Source of the DNA: Candidatus Kaelpia aquatica
Lineage (GTDB): Bacteria; Omnitrophota; Gorgyraeia; Kaelpiales; Kaelpiaceae
Assembly (NCBI GenBank): GCA_030765335.1
Contig: JAVCCU010000025.1
Coordinates: 6,784 to 70,783, forward strand
DNA: 64,000 bases
Direction of reading: 5' to 3'
In this document: in pieces, positions 38,091 to 48,693 of the stretch
How the letters are laid out: the number at the start of each line of letters is the position of its first letter
Numbering within the stretch: the first letter of the stretch is position 1
Translations under genes and position numbers: made by a program
Notes under the pieces: generated by a model
What the model was told of the DNA's origin: nothing
What the model saw: only the letters and a program-made list of their open reading frames with translations
Databases searched by the model: none

Positions 38091-39383
38091 ATGCGTGACC
38101 TTAAGAGATTAATTTTAAAAAAAGATGCGCTAATTTCTATTATAGGGCTTGGCTATGTAGGTTTGCCTTTAGCTGTTGAGTTTGCAAAGAAGGGCTACAA
38201 TGTTTGCGGAATAGATATAGATAAAGAGAGAGTTAAAAGTATAAATAGAGGCAAGTCCTATTTAGTAGATGTAGATGATAAAATTCTCAAAACTTTAGTT
38301 AAAGAGAAGAGATTAAAAGCCGGGATTAGCTATAATGTTATTGCTAAGTCCGATGCTGTAATTATATCTGTACCTACCCCTTTAAGGAAGACCCAGGAGC
38401 CCGATATATCTTATGTTATAGCTGCTGCTGAGGAACTCAAAAAATATCTTAAGAAGAATACAATTGTTGTCTTAGAGAGCACAACTTATCCTGGAACAAC
38501 GGAGGAGATAATACTGCCTCTGCTCTCTAAGGGAGGCCTAAAGGTAGGGCGCGATTTCTACTTGGCTTTCTCTCCTGAGCGAATAGACCCGGCAAATAAG
38601 AGATATAATACGAAGAATATTCCAAAAGTTGTAGGGGGCTGCACCAAGAGATGTCTTGAAGTTAGTAAGGTGTTGTATGCTCAAGTTGTAGGAGAGGTTG
38701 TAGCTGTATCTTCTCCCAGAGTTGCTGAGATGGTTAAACTCCTAGAGAACTCTTTTAGGGCTGTAAATATAGCCTTAGCTAATGAGGCGGCTTTAATATG
38801 TCAAAGAATGGGAATAGATGTTTGGGAAGTTATAAAGGCAGCAGAGAGTAAGCCTTTTGGTTACATGCCTTTTTATCCCGGACCTGGTATCGGGGGCCAT
38901 TGCATACCGGCAGACCCGATGTATCTTGTCTGGAAATCACGGCTCTCTGGATATGAGCCGGATCTTATCCGCACAGCTCATAAGATAAACTCTAGTATGC
39001 CTCAGCATATTTTAAAGCTAGTCAAGGATGCACTTAAAGAAAGAAAGATAGCCCTAAAGTCTGCTAAAGTATTGATTGTAGGTGTAAGCTATAAGGCAGA
39101 TGTTAATGATATCAGGGAGTCTCCTGCTATAGAGATTATGCGGTTACTTGATAAGAGTAAGGTTAAAGTTGAATTCTATGATCCATTAGTGAAAGAGCTG
39201 AAATTAAAGAGTAAGAAACAAAAGTCCATTAATTTAAATACAAAAAAAATAGCAGAGCAAGACGCAGTAATTATTGCTACGGTTCACAGCTCGCTAGATT
39301 ATAATATTTTCAAAAAGGCAACTCTTCTTGTAGATACAAGAGGAGTGATAAAGTGGAAAGGTAAAAATCTAATTAGGATATAA
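38091..39383 (+). CDS. UDP-N-acetylhexosamine 6-dehydrogenase (WbpA/WecC-like)
   Basis: GLGYVGLP, VPTP, ESTTYPG, SPERIDP, GGHCIP, DIRESP. Confidence 0.9.
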   Translation: MRDLKRLILKKDALISIIGLGYVGLPLAVEFAKKGYNVCGIDIDKERVKSINRGKSYLVDVDDKILKTLVKEKRLKAGISYNVIAKSDAVIISVPTPLRKTQEPDISYVIAAAEELKKYLKKNTIVVLESTTYPGTTEEIILPLLSKGGLKVGRDFYLAFSPERIDPANKRYNTKNIPKVVGGCTKRCLEVSKVLYAQVVGEVVAVSSPRVAEMVKLLENSFRAVNIALANEAALICQRMGIDVWEVIKAAESKPFGYMPFYPGPGIGGHCIPADPMYLVWKSRLSGYEPDLIRTAHKINSSMPQHILKLVKDALKERKIALKSAKVLIVGVSYKADVNDIRESPAIEIMRLLDKSKVKVEFYDPLVKELKLKSKKQKSINLNTKKIAEQDAVIIATVHSSLDYNIFKKATLLVDTRGVIKWKGKNLIRI

Positions 39384-39384
39384 A

Positions 39385-40323
39385 ATGGCAAATTGGTTAG
39401 TTACAGGCGGCGCTGGATTTATAGGTTCTAGTATTGTAGAAGAGCTCTTAAAGCGGGGAGAGAGCGTTAAGGTCTTCGATAATTTTTCTACTGGAAAAAG
39501 AGAGAATCTCGTTTTCTCTAGCGATAATATCTCTGAAGTTATAGAAGGAGATATCAGGAATGTAGATTTACTTAAGAGTGCTTTTAAGGGAGTAGATTAT
39601 GTATTACACCAAGCAGCTATGCGCTCAGTGCCTAAATCTTTTCATAACCCAGGAGAGTATGACGAAGTCAATGTTAAGGGCACTATGAATGTTTTACTTA
39701 CAGCTAAAGAGACTGGTGTTAAGCGTGTTGTCTTCGCATCTTCTAGCTCTGTCTATGGAGAGAGAGAAGACTTACCCGAAAGAGAATCTGATCCACCCAA
39801 TCCACTCTCTATCTATGCTGCTACAAAGCTTAATGGAGAGTATTATTGTAATGTTTTCTCAAAGTTATATGGAGTTGAGACTGTTGTTTTAAGATATTTT
39901 AATGTTTTTGGTCCTAAACAGTCGCTAGAGAATAAATATGCGGTAGTAGTCCCTAAATTTATCAACTCTTTTATTAAAAATGAGTCTCCGCCTATATATG
40001 GAGATGGACTTCAAAGTAGAGATTTTACTTACATATCAAATGTTGTTAATGCAAATATTCTTGCAGCAACTACAGAAGGTGCGAGTGGTGTATTTAATAT
40101 TGCCGGAGGTGGAGCCAATACAGTTCTGGAGCTATTTGAGATTATAAAAGGTTATTTTAAAATTGAATTAAAACCTAAGTTTGAATCTTTGCGGATTGGT
40201 GACGTTAAACATACCCTTGCAGATATAACAAGGGCAAATAATATTTTAGGATATAGAGTAGGAGTTGATTTCAAAGATGGTGTTAAGAGAACTATAGAAT
40301 GGTTTAAGGAGAATACCGCATGA
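39385..40323 (+). CDS. NAD-dependent nucleotide-sugar 4-epimerase (WbpP-like SDR)
   Basis: [30 protein letters not shown]. Confidence 0.88.
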   Translation: MANWLVTGGAGFIGSSIVEELLKRGESVKVFDNFSTGKRENLVFSSDNISEVIEGDIRNVDLLKSAFKGVDYVLHQAAMRSVPKSFHNPGEYDEVNVKGTMNVLLTAKETGVKRVVFASSSSVYGEREDLPERESDPPNPLSIYAATKLNGEYYCNVFSKLYGVETVVLRYFNVFGPKQSLENKYAVVVPKFINSFIKNESPPIYGDGLQSRDFTYISNVVNANILAATTEGASGVFNIAGGGANTVLELFEIIKGYFKIELKPKFESLRIGDVKHTLADITRANNILGYRVGVDFKDGVKRTIEWFKENTA

Positions 40324-41261
40324 AAAGGGCTGTTGTTACTGGAGGTTGCGGTTTCTTAGCATCGTACCTATGCCAGAAACTAATTGAAGATGAATTTGAA
40401 GTAATAGCCGTTGATAATCTTATTACCGGGGATTTGAAAAATATAGAACAGATAAGCTCTAATCCTAGTTTTAAGCATATAAAACATGATGTCTCTAAGT
40501 ATATAGATATTCCAGGCGAAGTTGACTGGGTATTCCATTTTGCTTCTCCGGCATCTCCGATAGATTATTTGAATTATCCTATTCAGACTCTTAAAGTCGG
40601 AGCATTAGGTACTCATAATACTTTAGGTTTGGCTAAAGATAAGGGTGCAAAATATATGCTTGCTTCAACTTCAGAAGTTTATGGCGACCCGCTTGTAAAT
40701 CCCCAGCCTGAAGATTACTGGGGCAATGTTAATCCTATCGGGCCTAGAGGGGTCTACGATGAGGCCAAAAGGTTTGCCGAATCTATGGTTATGGCCTACA
40801 GCAGAGTGCATGGTATGGATACCAGGATTATAAGAATATTTAATACCTATGGCCCTAAGATGAGATATGATGACGGCAGGGTTGTACCTAATTTTATCGC
40901 TCAGGCATTGAGAGGGGAAGATTTGAGCATCTTTGGTGACGGAGCTCAGACTCGCTCATTTTGTTATGTGGATGATCTAATAAGAGGCATTTTAGCTCTT
41001 ATGAAAGTTAAAGAGCATGAGCCTGTTAATTTGGGAAATTCCCGGGAGCTGAAGGTCATAGAATTGGCTGACATTATTCTGGATATTACAAAGAGTAAGA
41101 GTAAGAAAATATTCTTACCCCTTCCTCAGGATGATCCTAAATTAAGAAGGCCTGATACAGCTAAAGCAAAGAGGTTACTTGATTGGAAAGCAGAAGTATC
41201 TTTAGAGGAAGGACTTGCTAAAACCATAGAATATTTTAAAGAAAGACTTTCTCTTGATTAA
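40320..41261 (+). CDS. UDP-glucuronic acid decarboxylase (UXS-like)
   Basis: [42 protein letters not shown]. Confidence 0.9.
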   Translation: MKRAVVTGGCGFLASYLCQKLIEDEFEVIAVDNLITGDLKNIEQISSNPSFKHIKHDVSKYIDIPGEVDWVFHFASPASPIDYLNYPIQTLKVGALGTHNTLGLAKDKGAKYMLASTSEVYGDPLVNPQPEDYWGNVNPIGPRGVYDEAKRFAESMVMAYSRVHGMDTRIIRIFNTYGPKMRYDDGRVVPNFIAQALRGEDLSIFGDGAQTRSFCYVDDLIRGILALMKVKEHEPVNLGNSRELKVIELADIILDITKSKSKKIFLPLPQDDPKLRRPDTAKAKRLLDWKAEVSLEEGLAKTIEYFKERLSLD

Positions 41262-42519
41262 CAAAATTAAAGGAGTATTCAAAAAACAGCAGCTCTATTC
41301 CCAGGCGACGATTCTATTTTTAGCTGCTTCTTTGGGCAATCTCTTTAGTCTATTGTATCATTTTTTTATGGTCCGGGCGCTTAGCCCTCAGGATTATGGT
41401 GTTATGAGCACTCTTTTTGCCTGCACCGCGTTTTTTGCTATGCCTACAGGAAATATTCAAATTACGCTTACCCGTTTTATAGCACGCTATCACGGTATGG
41501 GCTCTAAATCAGCAATAGTAAGGCTGCTTAAAGGTATCTCAGGAAGAATATTTCTTTTAGGTGCTATTGTTGCAGCGGTGATATTTATAGGTGCACAATC
41601 TATAGCTAACTATCTGCATATAGATAGTCTTATGCCAGTCTACAGTATGGCAGGTGTGGTTGTGGCCAGCTTATTATTGCCAGTTACTATGGCAGGCTTG
41701 CAAGGCTTGCAGCATTTTTTCTCTTTAGGTTTGAGTATGATCTGTATGAATCTAGGAAAACTTATATTGGCCGTTGTTTTTGTTTGGCTAGGTTTTGGTG
41801 TAACCGGAGCTTTAAGCTCTTTAACTGCAGGAGTGCTTATAGGCGCTATTATTGCTTTCGCGATTTTAAAAATCTCTATCAGAAATCTGAATTTCAAAAA
41901 AGATACTAATATAGACGTTAATTTCAGAGAGATATATCTTTATATTTTACCAGTTAGTCTTGCAACGCTATCTTTTGTGATGTTGACTCATTTAGACCTT
42001 ATCCTTGTTAAACATTTCTTTACCCCCCTTGAAGCAGGGTATTACTCTATAGCGCAGATGATAGGCAAGATGGTGCTATTTCTTCCGTCGGCGATATGTA
42101 TGGTTATGCTGCCAAAGGTTGCAAGCTCTCATGCTAAAGAAGAAGAGACGATAAGCCATCTTAAACACTCTACTATTTACATAGCAGCACTTGTTATCTT
42201 TGCGGCCTCTGTGATTATAGTATTTCCGGAACATATGGTAAAATTATTTACAGGTAAGGCTTATCCTCAGTGCTACAATTTAGTAAGACTCTTTGCTATA
42301 AGTATGGGGTTTTTTGCCATATGTTTTAATTTCCTGCTCTACTATTTATCTTTAAACAGGATAAAGCTTATGACCCCCTTCCTTATCGTATTGGTTTTAG
42401 AAGCGAGTTTAATATATTTATGGCATAATAGTCTTAGTCAGATATTGGGTATTGTTATAAGCGCTGCTGTTGTACTATTTTTAGCAAATATAATAATAAT
42501 TAAGAAAAATTTTACTTAA
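41254..42519 (+). CDS. oligosaccharide flippase (Wzx-like)
   Basis: about 12 TM helices, AGYYSIA motif, follows nucleotide-sugar genes. Confidence 0.8.
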   Translation: MINKIKGVFKKQQLYSQATILFLAASLGNLFSLLYHFFMVRALSPQDYGVMSTLFACTAFFAMPTGNIQITLTRFIARYHGMGSKSAIVRLLKGISGRIFLLGAIVAAVIFIGAQSIANYLHIDSLMPVYSMAGVVVASLLLPVTMAGLQGLQHFFSLGLSMICMNLGKLILAVVFVWLGFGVTGALSSLTAGVLIGAIIAFAILKISIRNLNFKKDTNIDVNFREIYLYILPVSLATLSFVMLTHLDLILVKHFFTPLEAGYYSIAQMIGKMVLFLPSAICMVMLPKVASSHAKEEETISHLKHSTIYIAALVIFAASVIIVFPEHMVKLFTGKAYPQCYNLVRLFAISMGFFAICFNFLLYYLSLNRIKLMTPFLIVLVLEASLIYLWHNSLSQILGIVISAAVVLFLANIIIIKKNFT

Positions 42520-42587
42520 TTAAGTTGACTTAAAATAACTTTTCAAGTAAATTATTAACACTTAAGCAGAAATAAGGAGGTGTTTAG

Positions 42588-42881
42588 ATGGTAAAGTTTG
42601 TTGTGTTGATTTTAGGAGTTCTTTTTGCAGTATTGGGTGTCATAGGAGTAGTTGCTTGGTGGCCGAATTTTCTTATAGTATTAAAAGGTGGAGGCTGTCC
42701 TTTCTTGGCTTTCATTGGTGCTATTATGGCAATAGCTGCGGTAGGTGAAATTAGAGATGCTATAGCTAGAAAGAGAGAGGAAGAGAAAGAGCCTCAGGAA
42801 GAATCAAAGCCAGAAGCAGCTGAAACTCAAGAAGTGACAGAGCAGCAGGAAGCACCCCAAGAAGAGCCCAAACAAGAGTAG
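42588..42881 (+). CDS. small membrane protein (2 TM helices + acidic E/Q/P tail)
   Basis: AAGGAGGTG RBS, own TTGACT promoter and terminator. Confidence 0.75.
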   Translation: MVKFVVLILGVLFAVLGVIGVVAWWPNFLIVLKGGGCPFLAFIGAIMAIAAVGEIRDAIARKREEEKEPQEESKPEAAETQEVTEQQEAPQEEPKQE

Positions 42882-42902
42882 GTTAATTAAGATATGTTTT
42901 AC

Positions 42903-42936
42903 AGGGGGGTAATTTTAAACCCCCCTTTTTTATTTT
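42903..42936 (+). terminator. intrinsic terminator
   Basis: AGGGGGGT-loop-ACCCCCCT followed by T-run. Confidence 0.8.
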
Positions 42937-42942
42937 TATACT

Positions 42943-44352
42943 ATGAAAGTAGTAATCAAACACATAGAAGATCTTTATCAATTCTTAGATAACTCCGAGA
43001 TTTATCTGGTGGGTGGATTTTTGCGAGATCTAATCTTAGGCAAGAAAAGAGATTCTCTTGATTTTGATTTTGCCTCTTCAGGCGATGTTAAGTTAATATC
43101 TAAAAAGTTTGCAGAAAGTATAGGCGGGAGCTGGGTTAGCCTCGATGATTTTAATCGAATCTATAGGGTGGTAGTAAGAGAAGATCCTGTAGTTCAGTAT
43201 GACTTCTCTACCTTAAGAGGAGACGGCATAGAGGAGGATCTAAAGAGCAGAGATTATACTATCAATGCCCTAGGTCTTAAGGTAGAAAAAAAAGATCTAG
43301 ACACTAAAAATTTAATAGACCCTTGCGGGGGCTTGGATGACTTGGATAAAAAGATAGTTCGGGTTATTTCTGAAGATAATCTGCTATCTGACCCTCTAAG
43401 GATCTTGAGAGGGATGAGTATTGCTAGCTATCTTGACTTTGCTATTGAACCTCTAAGCTATGCATTGCTAAAGAAACATTCTGGTCTTATTAAAAGTATT
43501 GCCGGGGAGCGGATAAGCTTTGAGCTTTTTAGACTCTTTAAGGGCAGTTCTTCTTATAAACACGTTCAGACATTACATGAACTCGGGGTTTTAAGTATTA
43601 TATTGCCAGGTTGGGCAGGATTATCTAGTCCGGATCCCGGTCCCTACCATCATCTTCCGGTAGATCTTCACTCTATAGAGAGCTTAAAGCAGTTTGAGTC
43701 TTTGCTTGAATATTTAGCTGATAACTCAAGAGTTCAAGATTATTTAAATGAAAAGATAAGAGAGAATCGAAGAAGAGTTGAGATTTTAAAACTTGCAATC
43801 TTACTACATGATATCGGTAAAGGCCCTGCTTATTTTATAGACAGTGATGACAAGATAAGATTTACCGGCCATGAGAAGCTAGGCAGAGAGATGGTTGATG
43901 AAGTGGCTCTTAAGCTTAAGCTCTCTAAGAAAGAATCTACAATGATATCCGATATGGTTTATTATCATTTAAGGCCAGGCTGTCTTATTGAGTGTATCCA
44001 TGAATCTAAAAAAGCGAAATTCAGGTATTTTAGAGATACAGCTTCTGAAGCTGCTTCAGTTATGCTGCTCTCTATAGCAGACAAGAGTGCTACTTGCGGA
44101 GAGTTGTCCGACTTAGATGATATAGCTAACCATAAAGAGGTTTTGTTGGATCTAATTGAAGAGTATTTTGATAAAGGTGAGGAGATAATACCGCCTAAAC
44201 TGATAGACGGCAATGATGTAATGGAGGCCTTAAAAATAGAGCCGTCTAGAAAAGTAGGCCAGATTTTAAAAGAGATTCAAGAGAGACAGGCATTAGGGGA
44301 AATCAAAACCCGCGAAGATGCAATAGGGTATATAGGTAATATCAAGCCTTAA
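42943..44352 (+). CDS. class II tRNA nucleotidyltransferase with HD domain, probably CC-adding type
   Basis: LVGGFLRD...DFD, EDLKSRDYTINA, DPLRILR, LLHDIGK; flexible loop before motif B is absent. Confidence 0.85.
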   Translation: MKVVIKHIEDLYQFLDNSEIYLVGGFLRDLILGKKRDSLDFDFASSGDVKLISKKFAESIGGSWVSLDDFNRIYRVVVREDPVVQYDFSTLRGDGIEEDLKSRDYTINALGLKVEKKDLDTKNLIDPCGGLDDLDKKIVRVISEDNLLSDPLRILRGMSIASYLDFAIEPLSYALLKKHSGLIKSIAGERISFELFRLFKGSSSYKHVQTLHELGVLSIILPGWAGLSSPDPGPYHHLPVDLHSIESLKQFESLLEYLADNSRVQDYLNEKIRENRRRVEILKLAILLHDIGKGPAYFIDSDDKIRFTGHEKLGREMVDEVALKLKLSKKESTMISDMVYYHLRPGCLIECIHESKKAKFRYFRDTASEAASVMLLSIADKSATCGELSDLDDIANHKEVLLDLIEEYFDKGEEIIPPKLIDGNDVMEALKIEPSRKVGQILKEIQERQALGEIKTREDAIGYIGNIKP

Positions 44353-44412
44353 ATTTGACGTATATCTAGACGTGTGGTATCTTTGATGTAAGGGAAGGGG
44401 CAAAAATCTATT

Positions 44413-45323
44413 ATGAAAAAGCGTATTTTATTTATTATGTTACTGCTTTTTTTATCTAGTATCTCATTGGATGAATTTCAGAATATTCCGCTGAATTGTT
44501 TCAGGAGATTGAGGGCAGATGGTAATATTAATTTTTATCAGATAGTCCAAAATATCTTAATGGATTTAGAAGGAAGAATTACAAATGTGGACAAGGTTGT
44601 TGTATTTGATGAGCTTCGTTACGGAGTCCATGGTGGTATTTCCTGGAAGACATTGCAAATATGTTTACTGATGAAAATCAAGTGATACGTGTAACCAATG
44701 TACCTGTAGATGAGAGTGGAATGATTGCATATCAAACGAATAGTAGTTTGGGGGTGATGTTTCCTGGTCAATTCCGAGTCTGTATAGGTGAAGAATATGC
44801 AAATAAAAGAGCAGATGTATTGTTTTCCAAAGACCAGGGTAATAGCATGGTAGTGTTGCGAGTTGAAATAGATGGACAAATTATTATTGATGAGACGATG
44901 GTTTCATATCTTGTGAATGAAAATGGAATCGAACTTTATGCCCCATCGTGCAGCAATAATGTATTTGGGGTAGAGCCTTTTCAGGATTATTTTTACTTTA
45001 GGTCTAGGAGTTCTGAAGGCGATAATGCCTTGTATATTGTAAATCAGCGTCTTTCTACCAAAGGGGGATTCATTCTTTTCAGTAGAACTTATGAGGAAAT
45101 ACTTTCAGATCAACTTGCTAATGCCGTTGTGGTTGTTAAGGTTGAGCGAGAATCGCAATCCGAGCATGATTTTATAGTTTCGGTGATCGTTGTTGAAGAT
45201 AAGGAAGGTAGGCCTATTTTTGATAAATTCGGCAAATCGATTGTATATCATTTCCGGGGTGTTTTAGAAAGAGATCGGTTTCTGAGCTACTCTCTGGAAT
45301 TAATCAAGGGGTCTGAGTTATAA
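44413..45323 (+). pseudogene. frameshifted secreted hypothetical protein (ORFs 44413-44685 + 44661-45323)
   Basis: signal peptide in first ORF; second frame open from 44613 (RSPWWYFLEDIANMFTDE); span 911 bp, one base short of in-frame. Confidence 0.55.
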
Positions 45324-45395
45324 TTTTACCAATTCTCATTGTGATATTTGCCTATACTTGCAATTTATTTATATTCCTTTTACAATTGATGGTAT

Positions 45396-45487
45396 GGAGA
45401 GGTGTGAGAGCGGCCGAATCAAAACGACTGGAAATCGTTTGACTTGAGAAATTAGGTCCCTGGGTTCAAATCCCAGCCTCTCCGCCA
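45396..45487 (+). tRNA. tRNA-Ser(GGA)
   Basis: acceptor GGAGAGG/CCTCTCC-G-CCA, anticodon arm AACGA-CTGGAAA-TCGTT, long variable arm GACTTGA-GAAA-TTAGGTC, T-arm CTGGG-TTCAAAT-CCCAG. Confidence 0.96.
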
Positions 45488-45580
45488 TTAATCCTTCCTC
45501 AAATATAATTTTCTTATCAATTTGACTAGATGTATTTGTATGGTATAAATATATTATCAATTGATAAAGAGGGGGTTAAT

Positions 45581-46231
45581 ATGAAATGTAATAAGCTTAG
45601 TGTTGTTTTGGTGTGTTTTATTCTCATAGGTTCTGTTGTTTTTATTCCTGGTCATGCTTATGCCAGAAGAATAAAAGACGATAGTTCAGAACTATCAACA
45701 GAAGATTTAATTCGTATTTCTAATGCTGTTGATTATTTTATTGAACAAGACAGCATGAGAGTCGAAATGTCAACAGAAAATAGAGAAAAATATATAGATT
45801 ATCTACAGAAATGTAATCTTCAAACCTCAGAAAGGAATATACAGTTGTTTGCAAGATTGAACAAGTCATCTGTTGATGCAGGTTTTAATCTTGAACATAA
45901 TGCACCTTCTTATCCTGGAAATACATTTGATGTTCTTAAATCTCTGACAGAAACAGGCATCGTAACCGAAGATAATCTACCTCAATTAATAAATTTAGGC
46001 ATAACATCTGCTGAAGCAGGTTTTCATCCTTGGCATACGTTCAGAGCTCTTGAATTTCTGGCAAAAACAGGTATCTTAATCGAAACTAATCTACCTTAGG
46101 TAATAGATTTAGGCATAGCATCTGCTAAACTACGTCTTAAGCCTTGGGATATATTCAACGTTCTTAAATCTTTGGCAGAATTAGGTGTCTTAACAGAAGA
46201 TAATCTATCTTTGATAATTCTCAAGGATTAA
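45581..46231 (+). pseudogene. secreted 38-aa tandem-repeat protein interrupted by in-frame TAG (46097-46099)
   Basis: signal peptide; repeat NLPQLINLGITSAEAGFHPWHTFRALEFLAKTGILIET continues past TAG as VIDLGIASAKLRLKPWDIFNVLKSLAELGVLTEDNL. Confidence 0.75.
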
Positions 46232-46437
46232 TAAATAATATAGCTATACCAAATGAGTATGATCAAGTTCTTATATCTACAACTGAAGTAGCTCAATCCA
46301 ATAGGCCTCAGATACGAACAGAGATAAAACGATTAATTGCTAATAAAATTATTATTACTCAGAATGTTCAAGAAGAATTTCCTACAAACAGTATTTACGA
46401 TATAACTGAAGTAGCTCTCTACTGGGAAAAATAACCT

Positions 46438-46605
46438 TGTGCCCAAACTGTGCCCATCTTACATCAAAACATCCGTATGCAAACGTAGGCAAACGTAACC
46501 ATTCGCACTCGATAAATCCTTTACAAAGCAGTGGTTTGCAGCATAGTTTGTTGATATATAAGGAGTTAAGTGATTTAGCTTGATAGAATCCCAGCCTCTC
46601 CGCCA
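46438..46605 (+). repeat. island right-end (attR-like) module, copy A
   Basis: TGTGCCCA tandem arm-like sites, 30-bp core shared with copy B, ends in the tRNA-Ser 3' end. Confidence 0.85.
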
Positions 46606-46998
46606 TTGTTGACGCTCAGTCGAACCCTGTTCCTCAAGAAGGAGTGGAGTTCGCTGTTTTTGGGGCTCTTTCAGTGGTAAGCTATGAACCTTGATTATCT
46701 TGATAAGAGCTTTTAGAAGGCTTATTTGAGCCTCTAGTGGGGGCGGCGAGGTGCGTTCTTTCAGCGACCTTAAAATAAAAAATCGATGTCGTGGTCGTAG
46801 GGAAAAATCGAGAAATTGCTAAAATCAGCGTAATATGTTGTATTTATTGGAGTTATAGCTATTTTAAGCGTGCTCTATAGATTCAAAATAGCCCGAAAAC
46901 CGGACATTTGCCATGTCGTATTATCGTGTTTTGGTGAGTTACAGCAAGTGTGAAGAAAGTATATTCTGGGGTAATTTTCTACACACCCAATGTAATCA

Positions 46999-47151
46999 AA
47001 GTGATAATAACAAAACCTCTTATTATCATTTAACGCCATAAGTGACAATAAAAGATTTTCTTATTACCATTTGGGGCGGCTTGCCATGTTTGAAGATAGA
47101 AATAATAATAAAAATTTTCTTATTGACATTTAAGTGTGTAAATGATAATAT
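46999..47151. promoter_or_regulatory. array of 3.5 palindromic operators overlapping the fic promoter
   Basis: AAGTGATAATAA-N9-TTATTATCATTT (46999-47031), 47040-47072, 47100-47131 (contains TTGACA 47123), half-site AAATGATAATA 47140-47150. Confidence 0.7.
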
Positions 47152-47213
47152 ATGTCCATATTCAGGTTGAATATTAATAGCGTAGGTTTGTTAAGAATAA
47201 TTAGAGGTGACAT

Positions 47214-48332
47214 ATGTTTAAAGCTGGAAATTACAAGCAACAATATGAATACAAAAGTTTTTTGCCATCGTTAGTTAACGTTGATTATCAGTGGGAGGAT
47301 AGGCAAATTGTTGTTTTATTAGAAAACGCTATGCGTTATCTGGGGGAACTCAATGCCTATTCAACGCTAGTTCCGGACGTGGATTTTTTTATTCAAATGC
47401 ATGTGGCAAAAGAAGCTACGACGTCCAGTCGTATTGAAGGGACAAGAACCAATATTGACGAAGTTGTTTTGCCTGAGAATGAAATCAGTCCTGAAAAACG
47501 TGATGACTGGGCAGAGGTTCAAAATTATATCAAGGCAATGAATTTTGCTATTGATGAGCTTGATAAATTGCCTTTATCGATGAGGCTGCTCAAAGAGACG
47601 CATAAGAGATTGCTCTCAGGTGTAAGAGGTCATCATAAACTTCCGGGAGAAGTAAGAAGAAGCCAAAACTGGATTGGCGGATCAAGCTTAAAAGATGCTT
47701 TTTTCGTTCCGCCACACCATGAAGATTTACCGGATTTGTTGACCGACCTTGAAAAATTTTGGCACAGCAAGGAAATCAATCTTCCTCGTTTAATTCGGGT
47801 TGCCATCAGCCATTATCAATTTGAAACGATTCACCCTTTTCTGGACGGTAATGGCAGGGCAGGACGACTTCTTATAACTTTGCAATTAGTTGATATGGAC
47901 ATATTGAATAAGCCTTGTCTCTATCTTTCAGATTTTTTTGAAAGAAATAAGGGGTCATACTATGATTCATTGAGTGTAGCAAGAGCTTCAAATGATCTTG
48001 ACCAGTGGATAAAGTTTTTTCTTTCAGGAGTCATTGATACAGCTAAGAATGGGAAGGAAACTTTAGAAACCATTGTTAAGCTCAGAAAACAATATGATGA
48101 CAAAATTATAACTATGGGAAGAAAAGCCAAGCCAGCTCAAAAACTGCTTTTGTTCCTTTTTTCGCATCCAATTGTTTCTATCGGGCAGGTCTCTGATCAT
48201 TTAGGAGTAGGATTTTCCGCGGGCGGAAGATTAATAGCGGATTTTCAAAGAGTCGGATTTTTAAAAGAAGTGACAGGTTTTTCTAGAAATAGGTTGTTTG
48301 CGCTGTCGGAGTATTTATCGTTGTTTAAATAG
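47214..48332 (+). CDS. Fic family protein (N-terminal DUF4172-like region, C-terminal wHTH)
   Basis: canonical [12 protein letters not shown]; inhibitory-like SSRIEG motif; C-terminal GFSRNRLF. Confidence 0.93.
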   Translation: MFKAGNYKQQYEYKSFLPSLVNVDYQWEDRQIVVLLENAMRYLGELNAYSTLVPDVDFFIQMHVAKEATTSSRIEGTRTNIDEVVLPENEISPEKRDDWAEVQNYIKAMNFAIDELDKLPLSMRLLKETHKRLLSGVRGHHKLPGEVRRSQNWIGGSSLKDAFFVPPHHEDLPDLLTDLEKFWHSKEINLPRLIRVAISHYQFETIHPFLDGNGRAGRLLITLQLVDMDILNKPCLYLSDFFERNKGSYYDSLSVARASNDLDQWIKFFLSGVIDTAKNGKETLETIVKLRKQYDDKIITMGRKAKPAQKLLLFLFSHPIVSIGQVSDHLGVGFSAGGRLIADFQRVGFLKEVTGFSRNRLFALSEYLSLFK

Positions 48333-48693
48333 CAGGGTATAGGTGTATATGACAAAAACAAAAAGCAGAAAATCATCTGGAATAAGTGCTTGGTGGAAGA
48401 AAAGTAAAGGTATTGAGCAAAATTAACAGGGATAAAGTATATTAATTAGAAAGTGAGTTAGGAGTTTTAAAAAATAAGAATGCCAAATTAATCAGAGAGC
48501 TTATGAGTGCTGCATCTTCACGATGAGGCTGTTTTATAACGTTTGGATTAGACTAGAAACGCAAAGCGGATAAATCTATCTCTTATAACTCATTGTCTCA
48601 TTGTATGAATCTAAATGTTCTTAAAAGGTGGTTTTATCCACCAAGCAGCAGTTATAATATAACCCAATTAGCACTATGCTGGCAGGATAGTGC

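Larger units (their letters stand above)
45490..46607. mobile_element. mini genomic island 1 at tRNA-Ser (no integrase)
   Basis: flanked by 21-bp direct repeat AATCCCAGCCTCTCCGCCATT (45469-45489 and 46587-46607). Confidence 0.8.

Noticed and set aside
46097-46099. Pyrrolysine or amber recoding
   Set aside because: Many bona fide genes here end in TAG (argB, uppP, rdgB), no pyl genes are seen, and the gene decays further downstream.
45369-46606. Minus-strand ORFs containing MAERLGF (45369-45560, 46382-46606)
   Set aside because: They are antisense translations of the tRNA 3' end and its att duplicate.
46999-47151. Mini CRISPR array
   Set aside because: Repeats are degenerate, gaps are 8 and 27 bp (too short and irregular), no cas genes are present, and the repeats overlap a promoter.
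48349-48426. 25-aa ORF MTKTKSRK... after fic as antitoxin or small protein
   Set aside because: Too short, with no recognisable motif; probably a truncated remnant.
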